Source: Chlorobiota bacterium (lineage in GTDB: Bacteria > Bacteroidota > Ignavibacteria > Kapaibacteriales > NICIL-2). Taken from it: a DNA stretch of 64,000 nt. Of the stretch, positions 10,514 through 20,606 are shown one piece after another. The notes under the pieces were generated by a model. The model ran no database searches. It saw nothing but the letters and a program-made list of their open reading frames with translations, and was not told where the DNA came from. A program made the translations under genes and the position numbers. The stretch is taken from assembly GCA_044224515.1 (NCBI GenBank), contig JBGAKH010000011.1, positions 14,960 to 78,959 on the forward strand. Direction: 5' to 3'. How positions within the stretch are numbered: position 1 is the stretch's first letter; each line of letters starts with the position of its first letter.

Positions 10514-11893
10514 CTACAAAAGAGTTCCATGAAGCAACAAGGCTGCAATCGTAAAGTAGATCACTAGCCCGGTCACGTCGACCAATGTGGCAACGAAGGG
10601 CGCCGAGGAGGCGGCAGGATCGAGTCCGAAACGCTTCAGCACCATGGGAATCATCGAACCGCTTAAGGTACCCCACAACACGATTCCTATAAGTGAACAG
10701 AAAATTGTGAGAGCAACCAGGACGTAGTGTTCCGTGTAATCATACCAATGCAGATGTTGCCATATGATAATTCTCGTGAAGCCGATTGTGCCGAGAATGA
10801 GACCCAGCGTGAGACCCGAGAGTATTTCGCGACGCATAACGAACCACCAATCTCGCAGACCAAGTTCACGCACCGCCATGGCGCGTATAATCAAGGTGGC
10901 GGCTTGAGAACCACTGTTGCCACCGCTGGAGATAATCAAAGGCACGAACAAGGCGAGCACAACAGCCTTCGAGATTTCCTCGTCAAAGTAGGCCATTGCT
11001 GTTGCCGTCAGCATTTCTCCCACAAACAAAATGATAAGCCATCCTGCCCGCTTTTTAATGAGCGAAAAGAATGGAGTGTTCACATAAGGATAATCCAAAC
11101 TCTCCAAACCACCGAACTTCTGGATCTCTGCTGTTGATTGCTCCTCGGCTAAGTCTAGCACGTCGTCAACCGTTACCACACCAAGCAACACGTTGTCATG
11201 ATTGACAACGGGAAGAACCACGCGGTCATATTCGCGAAATGTATCGACAGCGGTCGCTCTTGTGTCGTCCGGTTTCAAGCGCACGCAAAAGCCATCAAGG
11301 ATGCTTTCAATACTGCTTTGTGGTTCGCTCAACACGAAGCGTCGCACGGGAATGTCATCAATAAGATGTCCCTCGGTATCCACCACATAAATAACATTGG
11401 CAGCCTCACTGTCCGTATGATGTCGGCGAAGGTGTTCGCAGGCTGCCGCGACAGTCATATCTGCACTGATCGTAGCCACATCGGTGTTCAACAGGTGGGC
11501 GATACTTTGCTTGGGATAGCCTAAATAGTCGGTTGTTTCTTGCAGTAGACGTTCATCAAGTAGTTCCAGGTATTCTGTGCGCTGAATTCCATTGATTTTC
11601 GAGAAGAAGAGGAGACGGTCATCGGAAGGAAGTGCGTTCAAGATCGCACGCAGTTCCTCTGCGTCAAGCAGCTTCGCGAAGCGAAGCTGCTGATCAGTAC
11701 TCAAGTACGAAAATGTGGCTATACGAGACTTCGACTGCAGAAGGAGGTAGGTCTTCCGCGCAGCGTCGTCCGGCAAGGTCATCAACAGACGTGCCGCCAC
11801 CGATGGATGGATATAAGCGGTGTCGGAATCCAGGCCAAACACAGCCCGCAAATCGCCTCGTAGTATAGCTTCCGAGAGAGATTTTAAATTCAT
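10514..11893 (-). CDS. mgtE: Magnesium transporter MgtE
   Basis: MgtE_N-like N-terminal region, a central CBS-pair region, and a C-terminal 5-TM domain with the characteristic GGNSGSQAATLIIRAMA segment; 459 aa. Confidence 0.85.
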   Translation of the reverse strand: MNLKSLSEAILRGDLRAVFGLDSDTAYIHPSVAARLLMTLPDDAARKTYLLLQSKSRIATFSYLSTDQQLRFAKLLDAEELRAILNALPSDDRLLFFSKINGIQRTEYLELLDERLLQETTDYLGYPKQSIAHLLNTDVATISADMTVAAACEHLRRHHTDSEAANVIYVVDTEGHLIDDIPVRRFVLSEPQSSIESILDGFCVRLKPDDTRATAVDTFREYDRVVLPVVNHDNVLLGVVTVDDVLDLAEEQSTAEIQKFGGLESLDYPYVNTPFFSLIKKRAGWLIILFVGEMLTATAMAYFDEEISKAVVLALFVPLIISSGGNSGSQAATLIIRAMAVRELGLRDWWFVMRREILSGLTLGLILGTIGFTRIIIWQHLHWYDYTEHYVLVALTIFCSLIGIVLWGTLSGSMIPMVLKRFGLDPAASSAPFVATLVDVTGLVIYFTIAALLLHGTLL

Positions 11894-12101
11894 AATACGG
11901 TTTCGTTGAAAGGGGAAACTGTGTCTAGGTCAAGTGCTAAGTTGTTGCCATGAAAGCACTTGAGTTTGGGTATAGCTTAGCATCCGGCATCTATGACAAA
12001 ACGTAAAAGAAACATGGGCGAACAGCCCTTTGGTGCCGCTCAATTCCCTCACAATGTTTCCGATACCTATGGAATACAGGAGTAACTAATCTTCGGACAG
12101 A

Positions 12102-12398
12102 ATGTACATCATTGTTTCTTGGGACATAGACCCAAACCTACGAGATTGGGCGACAGTATTTACAGACTTTTTAGCCTGTCTTACAAGTCATAAGTACCTG
12201 AAAGTAATGTCCAGCACCTACATTGTCAAGATCGAAGGTCTTGCAGACATCGAGAACATCGCTGTCAAAATGCAGAACGTCATTCGAGCAAATAGTTTGG
12301 ATTCGTCATTCTTGATCACTCCGGAGTTGAGCGGTGACTTGTCGGCACTGCATTTACCGAGCAGTGTTCGAAATCAGTTGAGCTACTTTACGAGCTAG
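12102..12398 (+). CDS. Hypothetical small protein
   Basis: 98-aa ORF divergent from mgtE; no motif. Confidence 0.25.
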   Translation: MYIIVSWDIDPNLRDWATVFTDFLACLTSHKYLKVMSSTYIVKIEGLADIENIAVKMQNVIRANSLDSSFLITPELSGDLSALHLPSSVRNQLSYFTS

Positions 12399-12494
12399 CC
12401 ATGTATCGAGACCCACATAAAGGTCTTCGTCTATAGGTCACAATTCTTCGGCAAGTCAACCGGTGAACCTCGCCATTGGTCTACCCGGCAATAC

Positions 12495-12531
12495 AAAGAA
12501 GGGATCGCGCACTGTGCGCGATCCCTTCTTT
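12495..12531. terminator. Strong bidirectional rho-independent terminator
   Basis: Near-perfect 17-bp stem AAAGAAGGGATCGCGCAC / GTGCGCGATCCCTTCTT with a 1-nt loop and a T-run on the + strand (A-run on the - strand). Sits between convergent genes ending at 12398 and 12648. Confidence 0.6.
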
Positions 12532-12647
12532 GTGTTCAATTCGGCGTACTCTTCTTCAACCGCGCTGCAGTGAAGCACAGAGCTGCACTCACTCCACAAG
12601 TGACACACCCTTTTGGACTCCATTGTACTCGAGTCAAGTCTTGTCGG

Positions 12648-13871
12648 CTAGTGTTGAACACAAAAACTTCGTGAGACGGAGCCGTCGTGCAGGATATACA
12701 ACCCCGATGACCACTCGCCGGTGTTGATGCTGACTGAGGCAGCGCTCAGACCTTGCCACATGAGCTGTCCAAGAGCGTTGTAAAGCTGCAACGGTCTTCC
12801 ACTGTGCGTAAAGCGGAAAGTCGCTTGCACACTGCAAGGTTGGGGATACACCCTCAGCTCGTTGAGGTTTTCCAAATCAATGTCAACTGCGCTGGTAGTT
12901 GAGTACAGCCATGGGCTTACGGTTTCGTCCTTTGTGAAGTAGTCAAACATGAGAGCGCCCATTTTTATTTCTCCGGCCTCCGAAAGGTGGAGTCCGTCTG
13001 CGCCAACATCGGTCGAGCACTGGATGGAAAATCCATCTGCGCGCTTTCGTGATCCATCTGTCCAATGATAGGAGCCCCAGGTTACGAAGAGCAGCGGGTC
13101 ACCCGGTTGTTCAAAGGCATACTGTGGGTCGCCGCTCATCTGCTTTTCAATGAGCATTTTAATACTCCAACCATTATAATAGTCTCTGGGATGGAGCAGA
13201 CCACGTCCAACGGAGGCACCGGAGTCAAGATCCACAAAACCGCTATAGGCTCGTGCGGTAACGTAACAGAGTTTGATATTGGGATAGAGTGACTTCATAG
13301 TCGCAAGGAGAGTACGAAGCTCATCACGGAAAGTCTCTGCGGCGCGTGGAAAGCTGGTATCTGCACTTTGCGTGTTGTCTGTTTCAATCCACGCAACTTG
13401 TACTTGTTTCGCACTCAGACCTGAATCTGAGAGTTGCTTCTCGGCTTGCTTCCAGTAATTGTCTGTTGCACTGTTCATTTTTTGGATGCCTTGTCCACCG
13501 ATGCAGGTGTTTATAAGTCGCACGGACGAGTTCTTTCGAGAAAGTGTATCGATCATAGCGCTGAAGCGCAAGAATTCGGTTCGCGGGTTGGATGCGCCTA
13601 CACCGATCCATACGATGCTTCCGTCGTTAGAGGGCTTTCCATTGATATCCAAAGCACGGATGGCACTGGCTTGTTGTAAGGCTTTGTTACGATGATCGGA
13701 AGGACGGTTGTTTGTTCCGTTATAGTACAGACCTCCGGTGAAGCCTCTCCATTGAGAAGCACCTAAGTCCGGCAAGGGAATCAACCCGGTCGAATCGAAA
13801 GCACAGTTGCGCTGGCTATAGCTTATCGTCACACCGAGAAAGAGCAAGCAAAGGTTGAGCAAGGTTTTCAT
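12648..13871 (-). CDS. Secreted SGNH/GDSL-like esterase with T9SS C-terminal domain
   Basis: Signal peptide. GVGASN (block-I-like Ser) and GADGLHLSEAG (block V DGxH). C-terminal LRVYPQPCS...GLYILH T9SS CTD. Confidence 0.5.
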   Translation of the reverse strand: MKTLLNLCLLFLGVTISYSQRNCAFDSTGLIPLPDLGASQWRGFTGGLYYNGTNNRPSDHRNKALQQASAIRALDINGKPSNDGSIVWIGVGASNPRTEFLRFSAMIDTLSRKNSSVRLINTCIGGQGIQKMNSATDNYWKQAEKQLSDSGLSAKQVQVAWIETDNTQSADTSFPRAAETFRDELRTLLATMKSLYPNIKLCYVTARAYSGFVDLDSGASVGRGLLHPRDYYNGWSIKMLIEKQMSGDPQYAFEQPGDPLLFVTWGSYHWTDGSRKRADGFSIQCSTDVGADGLHLSEAGEIKMGALMFDYFTKDETVSPWLYSTTSAVDIDLENLNELRVYPQPCSVQATFRFTHSGRPLQLYNALGQLMWQGLSAASVSINTGEWSSGLYILHDGSVSRSFCVQH

Positions 13872-14064
13872 AGTTTGTTCTCAGAAGATAGTAGTAGTGT
13901 AGGTAACAGTTTGTATCAAGCACGTACACGGATGGCCAGCCATGAGCGCTGCGCGTCATATTCCTATGAATGAACAAGACGTGTTAAGGTTTAATCTACT
14001 GAGAAATATGATAGTTCGAACGTTTAGGGGCTGAGAAGCTGGATACGAGCGTAGCAGGATACCC

Positions 14065-14226
14065 GTCCGCCTAGCCAACTAGCCAGCCAATCTGTTGCCA
14101 AAGTGGAAAAAAACGGAGAAATTAGTCACTCGGGGTCGAAGTAAATTAGCCACTTGCAGCGGAGAAAACTAGCCAGTCTGCGCCGGTCCATACTAGCCAG
14201 CCCGCGGCGGACCCAATTAGCCATCC
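14065..14226. repeat. Array of ~7 direct copies of the (A/C)TAGCCA(G) / AATTAGCCA motif at ~24-bp spacing
   Basis: Copies at ~14072, 14079, 14122 (variant TTAGTCA), 14146, 14170, 14193 and 14218. Inverted copies (GCTAATTGGCAG, GGTGGCTAAC) lie at 14544-14575. Confidence 0.5.
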
Positions 14227-14565
14227 AATCGCTACCAACCTGTTCATGTTTTGGCAGAACCAATTCTGAGTATGTTCTAGATTTTACAATGGAAACTCCG
14301 GCTAGTGCGACACACTCGTGTTTATCCCAAACGTGCGAATTTATATCAAGGCCAGTACTTTTGTGCGGTGAAGGTGCGTGATCAGTGTCGACGCATGCTC
14401 TTTACGAGTTACACGGGTTGGAACTACTCGGAAAGTCGTTGCGAAAACAGGCAAAGAAGACACACGATCTTGCGGGCAACTAATCTATTTGTGTTCAACC
14501 TTCTGGCAGATTATTAACACGTACTTTGGCAGCAGATTGCGGGGGCTAATTGGCAGCGCCGTAGG

Positions 14566-14931
14566 GTGGCTAACTTACCCGTCTTTTCCAATGACGACAA
14601 TAATTGCCTTGATAGTTGTGTGAAAGATGCATATTTCCAGGCATTTATCACAAATTGTATGGTGACGGATTGGGCTGATAAGGGATATTGTCTGCCGGAA
14701 AAAGTTGAAGATTGCCCAAGCACTAAGACGCATGTTTCGGTAACGAAGGGATTGTGTTGGACAATAACAAACACCGTAAAACCCGGAGGACATTTTGTAC
14801 GATCACTACAATGTTGTCCTGACGCAAATTGCGAAACACTTTATACAATTTGTATAGATCGGACCGTATTCCCGGCCATTGTGCAGTACAATTTCGTGAA
14901 TAAAAATCCCGTGGGATCGCCTACTTGTTAA
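14566..14931 (+). CDS. Hypothetical Cys-rich small protein
   Basis: 121-aa ORF with 10+ Cys and no clear signal peptide. Coding status uncertain. Confidence 0.25.
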   Translation: MANLPVFSNDDNNCLDSCVKDAYFQAFITNCMVTDWADKGYCLPEKVEDCPSTKTHVSVTKGLCWTITNTVKPGGHFVRSLQCCPDANCETLYTICIDRTVFPAIVQYNFVNKNPVGSPTC

Positions 14932-15123
14932 ACGATGTTTCCAATACTTGGCTCCAATAGTTCTAATTGGACGACGCCTTGTTTCCAAATAGATTGTTAC
15001 TAGCGTTGTGGGTAGATCTGTTTAGTGCGGGTCTACCATTTATAGTAAGTACGACTGGAAGAATATTTCAAAATAAAGACGGACTTATTATCTTTCTTCT
15101 ATTCTAAATCACGGATAGCTTCT

Positions 15124-17442
15124 ATGATTCACAGACAGATATCGGCCATATTCTTATGCATCTTCCTGTCAATATCTGCTTCCGCGCATTGCTTCGGGAT
15201 GCAGGGAGCATTTTACTCAGTAGGTACTGACTACGTAAAGGCAGTGTCTGCGGATTCGTGTACATATCTATATGGCTCAAATGGTTTTATAATTGGAACA
15301 AAGGATTTCGGTGATACCTGGAAGAACTGTACGATTCCTGGAGCATATCTGAATATTAAAGGTGTCGCTTGGTCGCACGGAGTACTGTATTCCGTGGACG
15401 AACTCGATGGTGCTTTTCGGATGGACCCTAAGAGTGGGACTTGGAGCAAGTTAAGTGCGGTAAGTGCCATGCTTTCCGGAGACAGTGTGATATCAATGTT
15501 CAGTGATAATGTACATGGCAACGTAGTCATTGTGGCTCGGCACAAAATAGTTTACTATGGCTCGTCAATGATTCCGCAGATGGCACCTGTGCCAGCTATT
15601 ACATCGATCAAAGCAGCAGTTGCAATAGGCTCTTTGTTTTTAGTTAGTGATAGCTTGAAAACCTACAGATTGGATCCTTCCGCTCAATACAGTTTAGTAC
15701 AATGGACCAATCCTGAGTACCTTAAATGCAAGTCGTGCTTGCTGCCTCGAGCAGTGTTTGATTCAGGAGATAGCCTTCTTGTTAATTACGGATATGTATG
15801 GTACCGTGTTTCTGCTGACATGAGTAGTGGTAAGATTATAGACTACACTCGCGGTGTTATTGGAGAACGAAACGGCGTATATCGAGTGTTGGAAGGTGAG
15901 TATAGTTCGGCGGCCGATCACTCTGTATTCCAGTCACGTGCTGTGCGAGAAGCCAATGACTCGTTTCAATATGTGGATACTGTTGCTCAAGACGATGAGT
16001 ATTTCATCGGCGACACTCAACTCAATGATATACGATGGTTGTCGGATTCTGTCGTTATTGTTGCTGGCTCGAAGAGCACGATATTCATTAGTCGTGATGG
16101 TGGCTGGACCTGGCAGCTAAGGTCTTACAATCCGTACGGAGTGGTTCAGAAAATGCGTGACTCTTTATTTGGTATCTCAAATGAACGAATTCGAGTTACG
16201 AGAACATGTGACGGGAATGTCACGTGGTTACCTCAGAAAATGACGAGTGACTTGAGTGACTATAACTGGTATACAGGAGGCGATGTTTTGTATTTAGGGA
16301 CAGATGTGGTAGTTATGGTAGACAATACCGGAACTACTGCCACATCCCACAACTACCGATATTCTTTTGATAGCGGAGCTACAATTAGCTATGGAAATGT
16401 AAAAAATTGGAGAAGCATGTATGCACTGAACAGTATGAGCTTAGAAAAAGATAGCGGGCGCTGGTGTATTTATCGAAGTGGGGAGGGGTATAGTAGTCCC
16501 CCATTCGAGTATTGGTATACTGTTCGCGTGTCTTTCGATTCTTTGATGCAGCCCGTAGGCTATATCCTTTTCGACTCGTTGAAGTATCGGAATATTGTAA
16601 GAATTGACGGCGCTCTTGTGACAGTCGCGACATCGTTTAAAAAGGATACATATGATCAAATCCGGATCATGCGTTCCTCTGATAACGGCAGAACATGGCA
16701 GACTGTTTCGGATACGCTATCACACCAGTATAGCTATCCAAGTGCGATAGCAGCATCTTCAAATCACTTATTTGTGCCAACATTTACGTATGATACGGAC
16801 TCGGTGTCTGTAAGTCTCATATCTTGGTATGACACATCGAATTGGATGAAAAGCGGTACGTGTATCAAGCTAAAACCAGCGGCAGATCCGATAATTGTTG
16901 AATGGCAACGATCGCTATATTTTGGTGGAAGACGCCGTATGTTGGCACATAAGGTAGGTAGTACTGATCCAATGGAATGGGATACCGTGTCACCTTTAGG
17001 CCCTTTATTCTACGGATGTCTTTCGGTTCAGGGGTCTAGCATGATACTATATGTTGCTAAGTTAGATTCGAACAATCGCACCTACAGTCGACGGTACGGG
17101 GTAATGAGACTTGAAGAGCAGAGTGTTGGCGTTGATAACTTGCACATCGAAAACAAAACCAGTATGCTAGTTGGAGATCCGTATCCGACTCCCTGCAGGT
17201 CAATCTGTAGAGTCTATTATTCTCACGACGACCAAGAGGAAGTAACCAATACAAATATCTCCGTATACGATGTCAATGGTTATCTGGTGGATCCGTCGCT
17301 TTATAATCTTAGCGTTGCGAACCAAAGCATGTCAAAGGCAGAGTTGACTTTTGAGATATCAAACTTCACGAAGGGAGTCTATATTTTGAGAGTGCAGAGC
17401 AGAAGTGGTACGCAATGTACAAAACTGCTCAAGTGCGAGTAA
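15124..17442 (+). CDS. Secreted BNR-like repeat protein with T9SS CTD (paralog family A)
   Basis: Signal peptide; SRDGGWTWQ and SDNGRTWQ Asp-box motifs. C-terminus ISVYDVNGYLV...GVYILRV is a T9SS CTD. Clear paralog of 20607..22961 (shared blocks FGDTWKNCTIPG/QGSNWTRFTIPG, VSRDGGRTWHF). Confidence 0.65.
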   Translation: MIHRQISAIFLCIFLSISASAHCFGMQGAFYSVGTDYVKAVSADSCTYLYGSNGFIIGTKDFGDTWKNCTIPGAYLNIKGVAWSHGVLYSVDELDGAFRMDPKSGTWSKLSAVSAMLSGDSVISMFSDNVHGNVVIVARHKIVYYGSSMIPQMAPVPAITSIKAAVAIGSLFLVSDSLKTYRLDPSAQYSLVQWTNPEYLKCKSCLLPRAVFDSGDSLLVNYGYVWYRVSADMSSGKIIDYTRGVIGERNGVYRVLEGEYSSAADHSVFQSRAVREANDSFQYVDTVAQDDEYFIGDTQLNDIRWLSDSVVIVAGSKSTIFISRDGGWTWQLRSYNPYGVVQKMRDSLFGISNERIRVTRTCDGNVTWLPQKMTSDLSDYNWYTGGDVLYLGTDVVVMVDNTGTTATSHNYRYSFDSGATISYGNVKNWRSMYALNSMSLEKDSGRWCIYRSGEGYSSPPFEYWYTVRVSFDSLMQPVGYILFDSLKYRNIVRIDGALVTVATSFKKDTYDQIRIMRSSDNGRTWQTVSDTLSHQYSYPSAIAASSNHLFVPTFTYDTDSVSVSLISWYDTSNWMKSGTCIKLKPAADPIIVEWQRSLYFGGRRRMLAHKVGSTDPMEWDTVSPLGPLFYGCLSVQGSSMILYVAKLDSNNRTYSRRYGVMRLEEQSVGVDNLHIENKTSMLVGDPYPTPCRSICRVYYSHDDQEEVTNTNISVYDVNGYLVDPSLYNLSVANQSMSKAELTFEISNFTKGVYILRVQSRSGTQCTKLLKCE

Positions 17443-17457
17443 ATTGGAAGTATGGTT

Positions 17458-17670
17458 TCAGATGGTGTTTGAATTGGCTCTTGAAATCTCCTCAGCAATG
17501 TCTATCAAATCCTGCCCCTGAATAACGAGATAAGGAGACGCTGTAATCGTCATGGTCTGCGTCTCCTTTTTCGTAAGTTCCAGCCCCTTGTACATCTCGA
17601 GTCCTGTCGTATACCACATTATCCGGAAGTATTTCTGTGACTTTCGCGTGACACGCATGGTATTCGTCAC
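17458..17670 (-). pseudogene. 3' fragment of a phage virion-morphogenesis (Mu G-like) gene
   Basis: 70-aa ORF matches the C-terminal 70 aa of the 51979..52692 product (RKSQKYFRIMWY / RSRKYFWMMYY; ASPYLVIQGQDLIDIAEEISR) but lacks the N-terminal two-thirds. Confidence 0.6.
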
Positions 17671-18025
17671 TCCGAACCGTTAAGCAGTAGCATAGCTTGA
17701 AAAACCGCAGCTGATAAGCCGCTTCTCAATGAAAGTTAGGTCGTGGAATTCGTATTGCCTATGTTTACTGATCCGCGTTATAACATGCAGTAATTGATAC
17801 ACTTCGTGAAGTGCACTAGGGGTATGTAGCATCAAGGTGCTAGATTAATCGGCAGAGGAATGTGTGGGGCTTTAGGGTGGATTGTCCACTTTGTCCGCTG
17901 CAGTTAAGGGGTGTAACTAACACTGTTTATATTGTGTTGAACCAAAGATTATCGTGCGGAACGGCAACTCAACAGTAGACCAATTGTGCTGATCCTAGTG
18001 GTTGCGAGTTGGAGTGTAAGCCACA

Positions 18026-19570
18026 GTGTCCATGATAGAAGTTGCTAATAAGAGGAATAATGATATGCGTACTTACATTGTGCTGATTCTTACAATGGCT
18101 CTCTTTTGTACAAGAATTGATGCTAGATCCGAGTTGCATCATTGGGTCACGAAAACTATTAAAGTCCCTGACTTTAAAATCACCTCCAAGTATTCGGTCG
18201 TTACAATCCAGGACATGATGAAAGTAGGCACCCAGACGTATTTAGTCCTCGGCTCAGCCGAATCTAGCCTTGGTTTGCCGGGTTTCAACAAATTGTATAA
18301 AACCTCTGATACTGGAGTAACACTGCAGGCAGTTACTAGTCAAATGTTTAGTGATTCACTGGGTCAAAATCGCTTTTTTGTACATGAGGATGGCCGCGGT
18401 TGCATTGTCGGCTTTCAACAACGCTACCTGACAAGTGATATCGGGTCTACCTGGAGCAGAATACAGGATCAACAAATGGAGTATTACCGAGGTTCTGATT
18501 CGTATGCTAACGTGATAGTAACAAATTCCCAGCGAGCCAGCATTTCGATCAGTGAAGATTTCGGTCAGTCGTGGCGTAAAATACCAATGCCGGACTCTTC
18601 TACGAATAGAACCAACATGATCAACTATCTTGTACTGGCTGACAGTGCATCTATGTATTTGCTTCGTCAAGATGTTAACTACAACACAGGCAGTGGACAA
18701 CTTCGTTTATTTTCGAGTAGAAATTTAGGAAAGGATTGGATGACATTGCGATGTCCGATTGAAGGGTTCGAGAACGATACTGCCGGAAATTGTAATGTAC
18801 AGGCAATCAAGTTTGTTAATCGTGGAAGTATTGGCTTGGCGTGCATTTCGTATCGAGATTCACTGAATACATTGGTTTACTCGATTGTGCGATCAACAGA
18901 CACCGGAATGCATTGGACGAAGATAGAGACATCACCGTTCGACCAAATGATTAATATGCCGAACCGCTTCTATTCTTATAGCCGAGATACCATTTTCATG
19001 ATCTATAGAAGTGGATGCATTAAAGTATCAACAGATGCTGGTCTATCATGGAGTTGGTTTGTAAAAGAAGTCCCTTGGTTTAAAGATGTAGGCAATACAC
19101 CTAACTATGTATCTTCTATGGGACCGATACTATTTGAGAGCACTAAGACAGCGGTCGCAGCGTTCGCAGGAAGACAAGACGGAGTGTTCAATATTATGTA
19201 CCTGGCAGACGGAGAACATGCCACTAGTGTTGAAGACGATACACTACCGGTGAGGAGTTTGTTGCTGAATTCAACGGTATATGTTGGTGAGTGCTATCCG
19301 ATGCCAGCTACTCGGGATCTTCAAATAGTAACAAACTTCACTCGTGGTTATGATCTTCAAGCTGTTTCCGTTGAAGTCTATGATTTGCAGGGCCAGCGGG
19401 TAGCGACAATGAGAAGTCCGGATGTTGTCTTTACTCCTCATATATGGGGTTCAGGTTGGTATACGCTTGGCATACCATTGGCAAATTTAGAGGTCGGAAC
19501 GTATATCGTTAATGTTTGTGATGGAAGAGGCAGTTGCCGGAGTGTCACGGTGTGTCACACACCTTACTAG
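18026..19570 (+). CDS. Secreted BNR-like repeat protein with T9SS CTD (paralog family B)
   Basis: Signal peptide; SEDFGQSW, STDTGMHWTK and STDAGLSWSW motifs; C-terminal CTD (VEVYDLQGQRV, GTYIVNV). Paralog of 50416..51918. Confidence 0.65.
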   Translation: MSMIEVANKRNNDMRTYIVLILTMALFCTRIDARSELHHWVTKTIKVPDFKITSKYSVVTIQDMMKVGTQTYLVLGSAESSLGLPGFNKLYKTSDTGVTLQAVTSQMFSDSLGQNRFFVHEDGRGCIVGFQQRYLTSDIGSTWSRIQDQQMEYYRGSDSYANVIVTNSQRASISISEDFGQSWRKIPMPDSSTNRTNMINYLVLADSASMYLLRQDVNYNTGSGQLRLFSSRNLGKDWMTLRCPIEGFENDTAGNCNVQAIKFVNRGSIGLACISYRDSLNTLVYSIVRSTDTGMHWTKIETSPFDQMINMPNRFYSYSRDTIFMIYRSGCIKVSTDAGLSWSWFVKEVPWFKDVGNTPNYVSSMGPILFESTKTAVAAFAGRQDGVFNIMYLADGEHATSVEDDTLPVRSLLLNSTVYVGECYPMPATRDLQIVTNFTRGYDLQAVSVEVYDLQGQRVATMRSPDVVFTPHIWGSGWYTLGIPLANLEVGTYIVNVCDGRGSCRSVTVCHTPY

Positions 19571-19583
19571 CATAATCTTTTTG

Positions 19584-20417
19584 CTACCACAGCTGTGAGC
19601 GGCTCCGAGTTTTAGCAATCTCCTCCGCAATATCAATCAAATCCTGTCTTTGAATGACGATGAAAGGAGATGCCGGAATAGTTATTTCCAGCGTCTCCTT
19701 TTTCGTTAGTGCCAGACCTTTGTACAAGGCCGCTGCTTCACTCAGGCGCACGATTGATTTTGAATGTGTTGTCGTATCCTCGCCCTTCTTCTCAGCTCTC
19801 TTCCTTCTCTTCTCAGCTTTGCTCAAGGTGTCTGTGAGCTTCTTGCGCCGGGACTTATCACCGGTGCCAGTGAGCGCGTAGTACATCATCCAGAAGTACT
19901 TGCGTGAGCGTGGGGTAATGCGAACCGTATGAGTGGATCCGAACTGCTGCGCTCGAGCCTGAGCTTTGTTTGAGCTAATGCTTACTTGGTTCGTACCGGA
20001 AACGCTCACCTCAATACTGGCAGCAAGTCCTCCACCGGTTCGTGCGAGTGTTCGCTCGGTGCTTTTTCCCACTGCTGCTTAAGCAACGCGAGTGCTGGCA
20101 GCCAGTGGCTTCCACCTGTCGCTTCCACCCGAGAACGGCGTGATACCAGCATCGCTTGAGTTGTAGCGTCCGCGCTCTTTAAAGTTCTGCTCGAACGATG
20201 CTCGCAGCACCTCGGCAATTTGGCGCATAGCCTCTGGCGGTATCTGTGCAGTCTCAGTTCGGTAATGACATTCGCGACGGAAACGATGTGTCGACCGTCG
20301 TGGAAATGGGGGGGCACTGGGAGTGGATACTCCATAGATGGCAAGAATCGAGCTGTCGACAATGTGTTTATAGAACGATAGTGGAGGTCGTTGAAGTACG
20401 AATTGGTGTATCCTCAT
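19584..20417 (-). pseudogene. Phage virion-morphogenesis (Mu G-like) gene copy inactivated by an in-frame stop
   Basis: Two same-frame ORFs (19584..20072 and 20079..20417) together align at ~90% aa identity with the 237-aa product of 51979..52692. Where the intact copy has Tyr (RVA-Y-AAVGKS), this copy has TAA. The N-terminal ~35 codons are replaced by unrelated sequence. Confidence 0.7.
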
Positions 20418-20419
20418 CC

Positions 20420-20530
20420 GGCATCAACAGGACAAAAAATGTATGGCGGCTTAACCACATACGTTCGGTACTACAATGAGGGACGATTACACAGTAGTCT
20501 GAAGCACCAAACACCGGTTGCAGTTTATCA
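20420..20530 (+). mobile_element. Remnant 3' end of an IS3-family (rve/DDE integrase) transposase gene
   Basis: Translates to ...YGGLTTYVRYYNEGRLHSSLKHQTPVAVYHQKK*, the conserved C-terminal tail of IS3-family OrfB transposases. No upstream catalytic domain is present. Confidence 0.55.
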
Positions 20531-20606
20531 CCAGAAGAAGTAGTTTAGACGTTGCATCCGGGACAGAAAAAGATTTACGCAGAAATCCTAAGATTTTGTC
20601 CGAAGA

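Noticed and set aside
11894-12101. M-box (Mg2+) riboswitch upstream of mgtE
   Set aside because: The 5' UTR is ~200 nt, which is plausible, but I could not recognise the conserved M-box helices or motifs by eye. A Rfam covariance-model scan is needed.
14060-14235. Possible CRISPR array (regularly spaced repeats)
   Set aside because: The repeats are only 7-9 bp with ~15-bp gaps, far shorter than CRISPR repeats of 24-48 bp. No cas genes are nearby. The same reasoning applies to the 46.8-47.1 kb repeat cluster.
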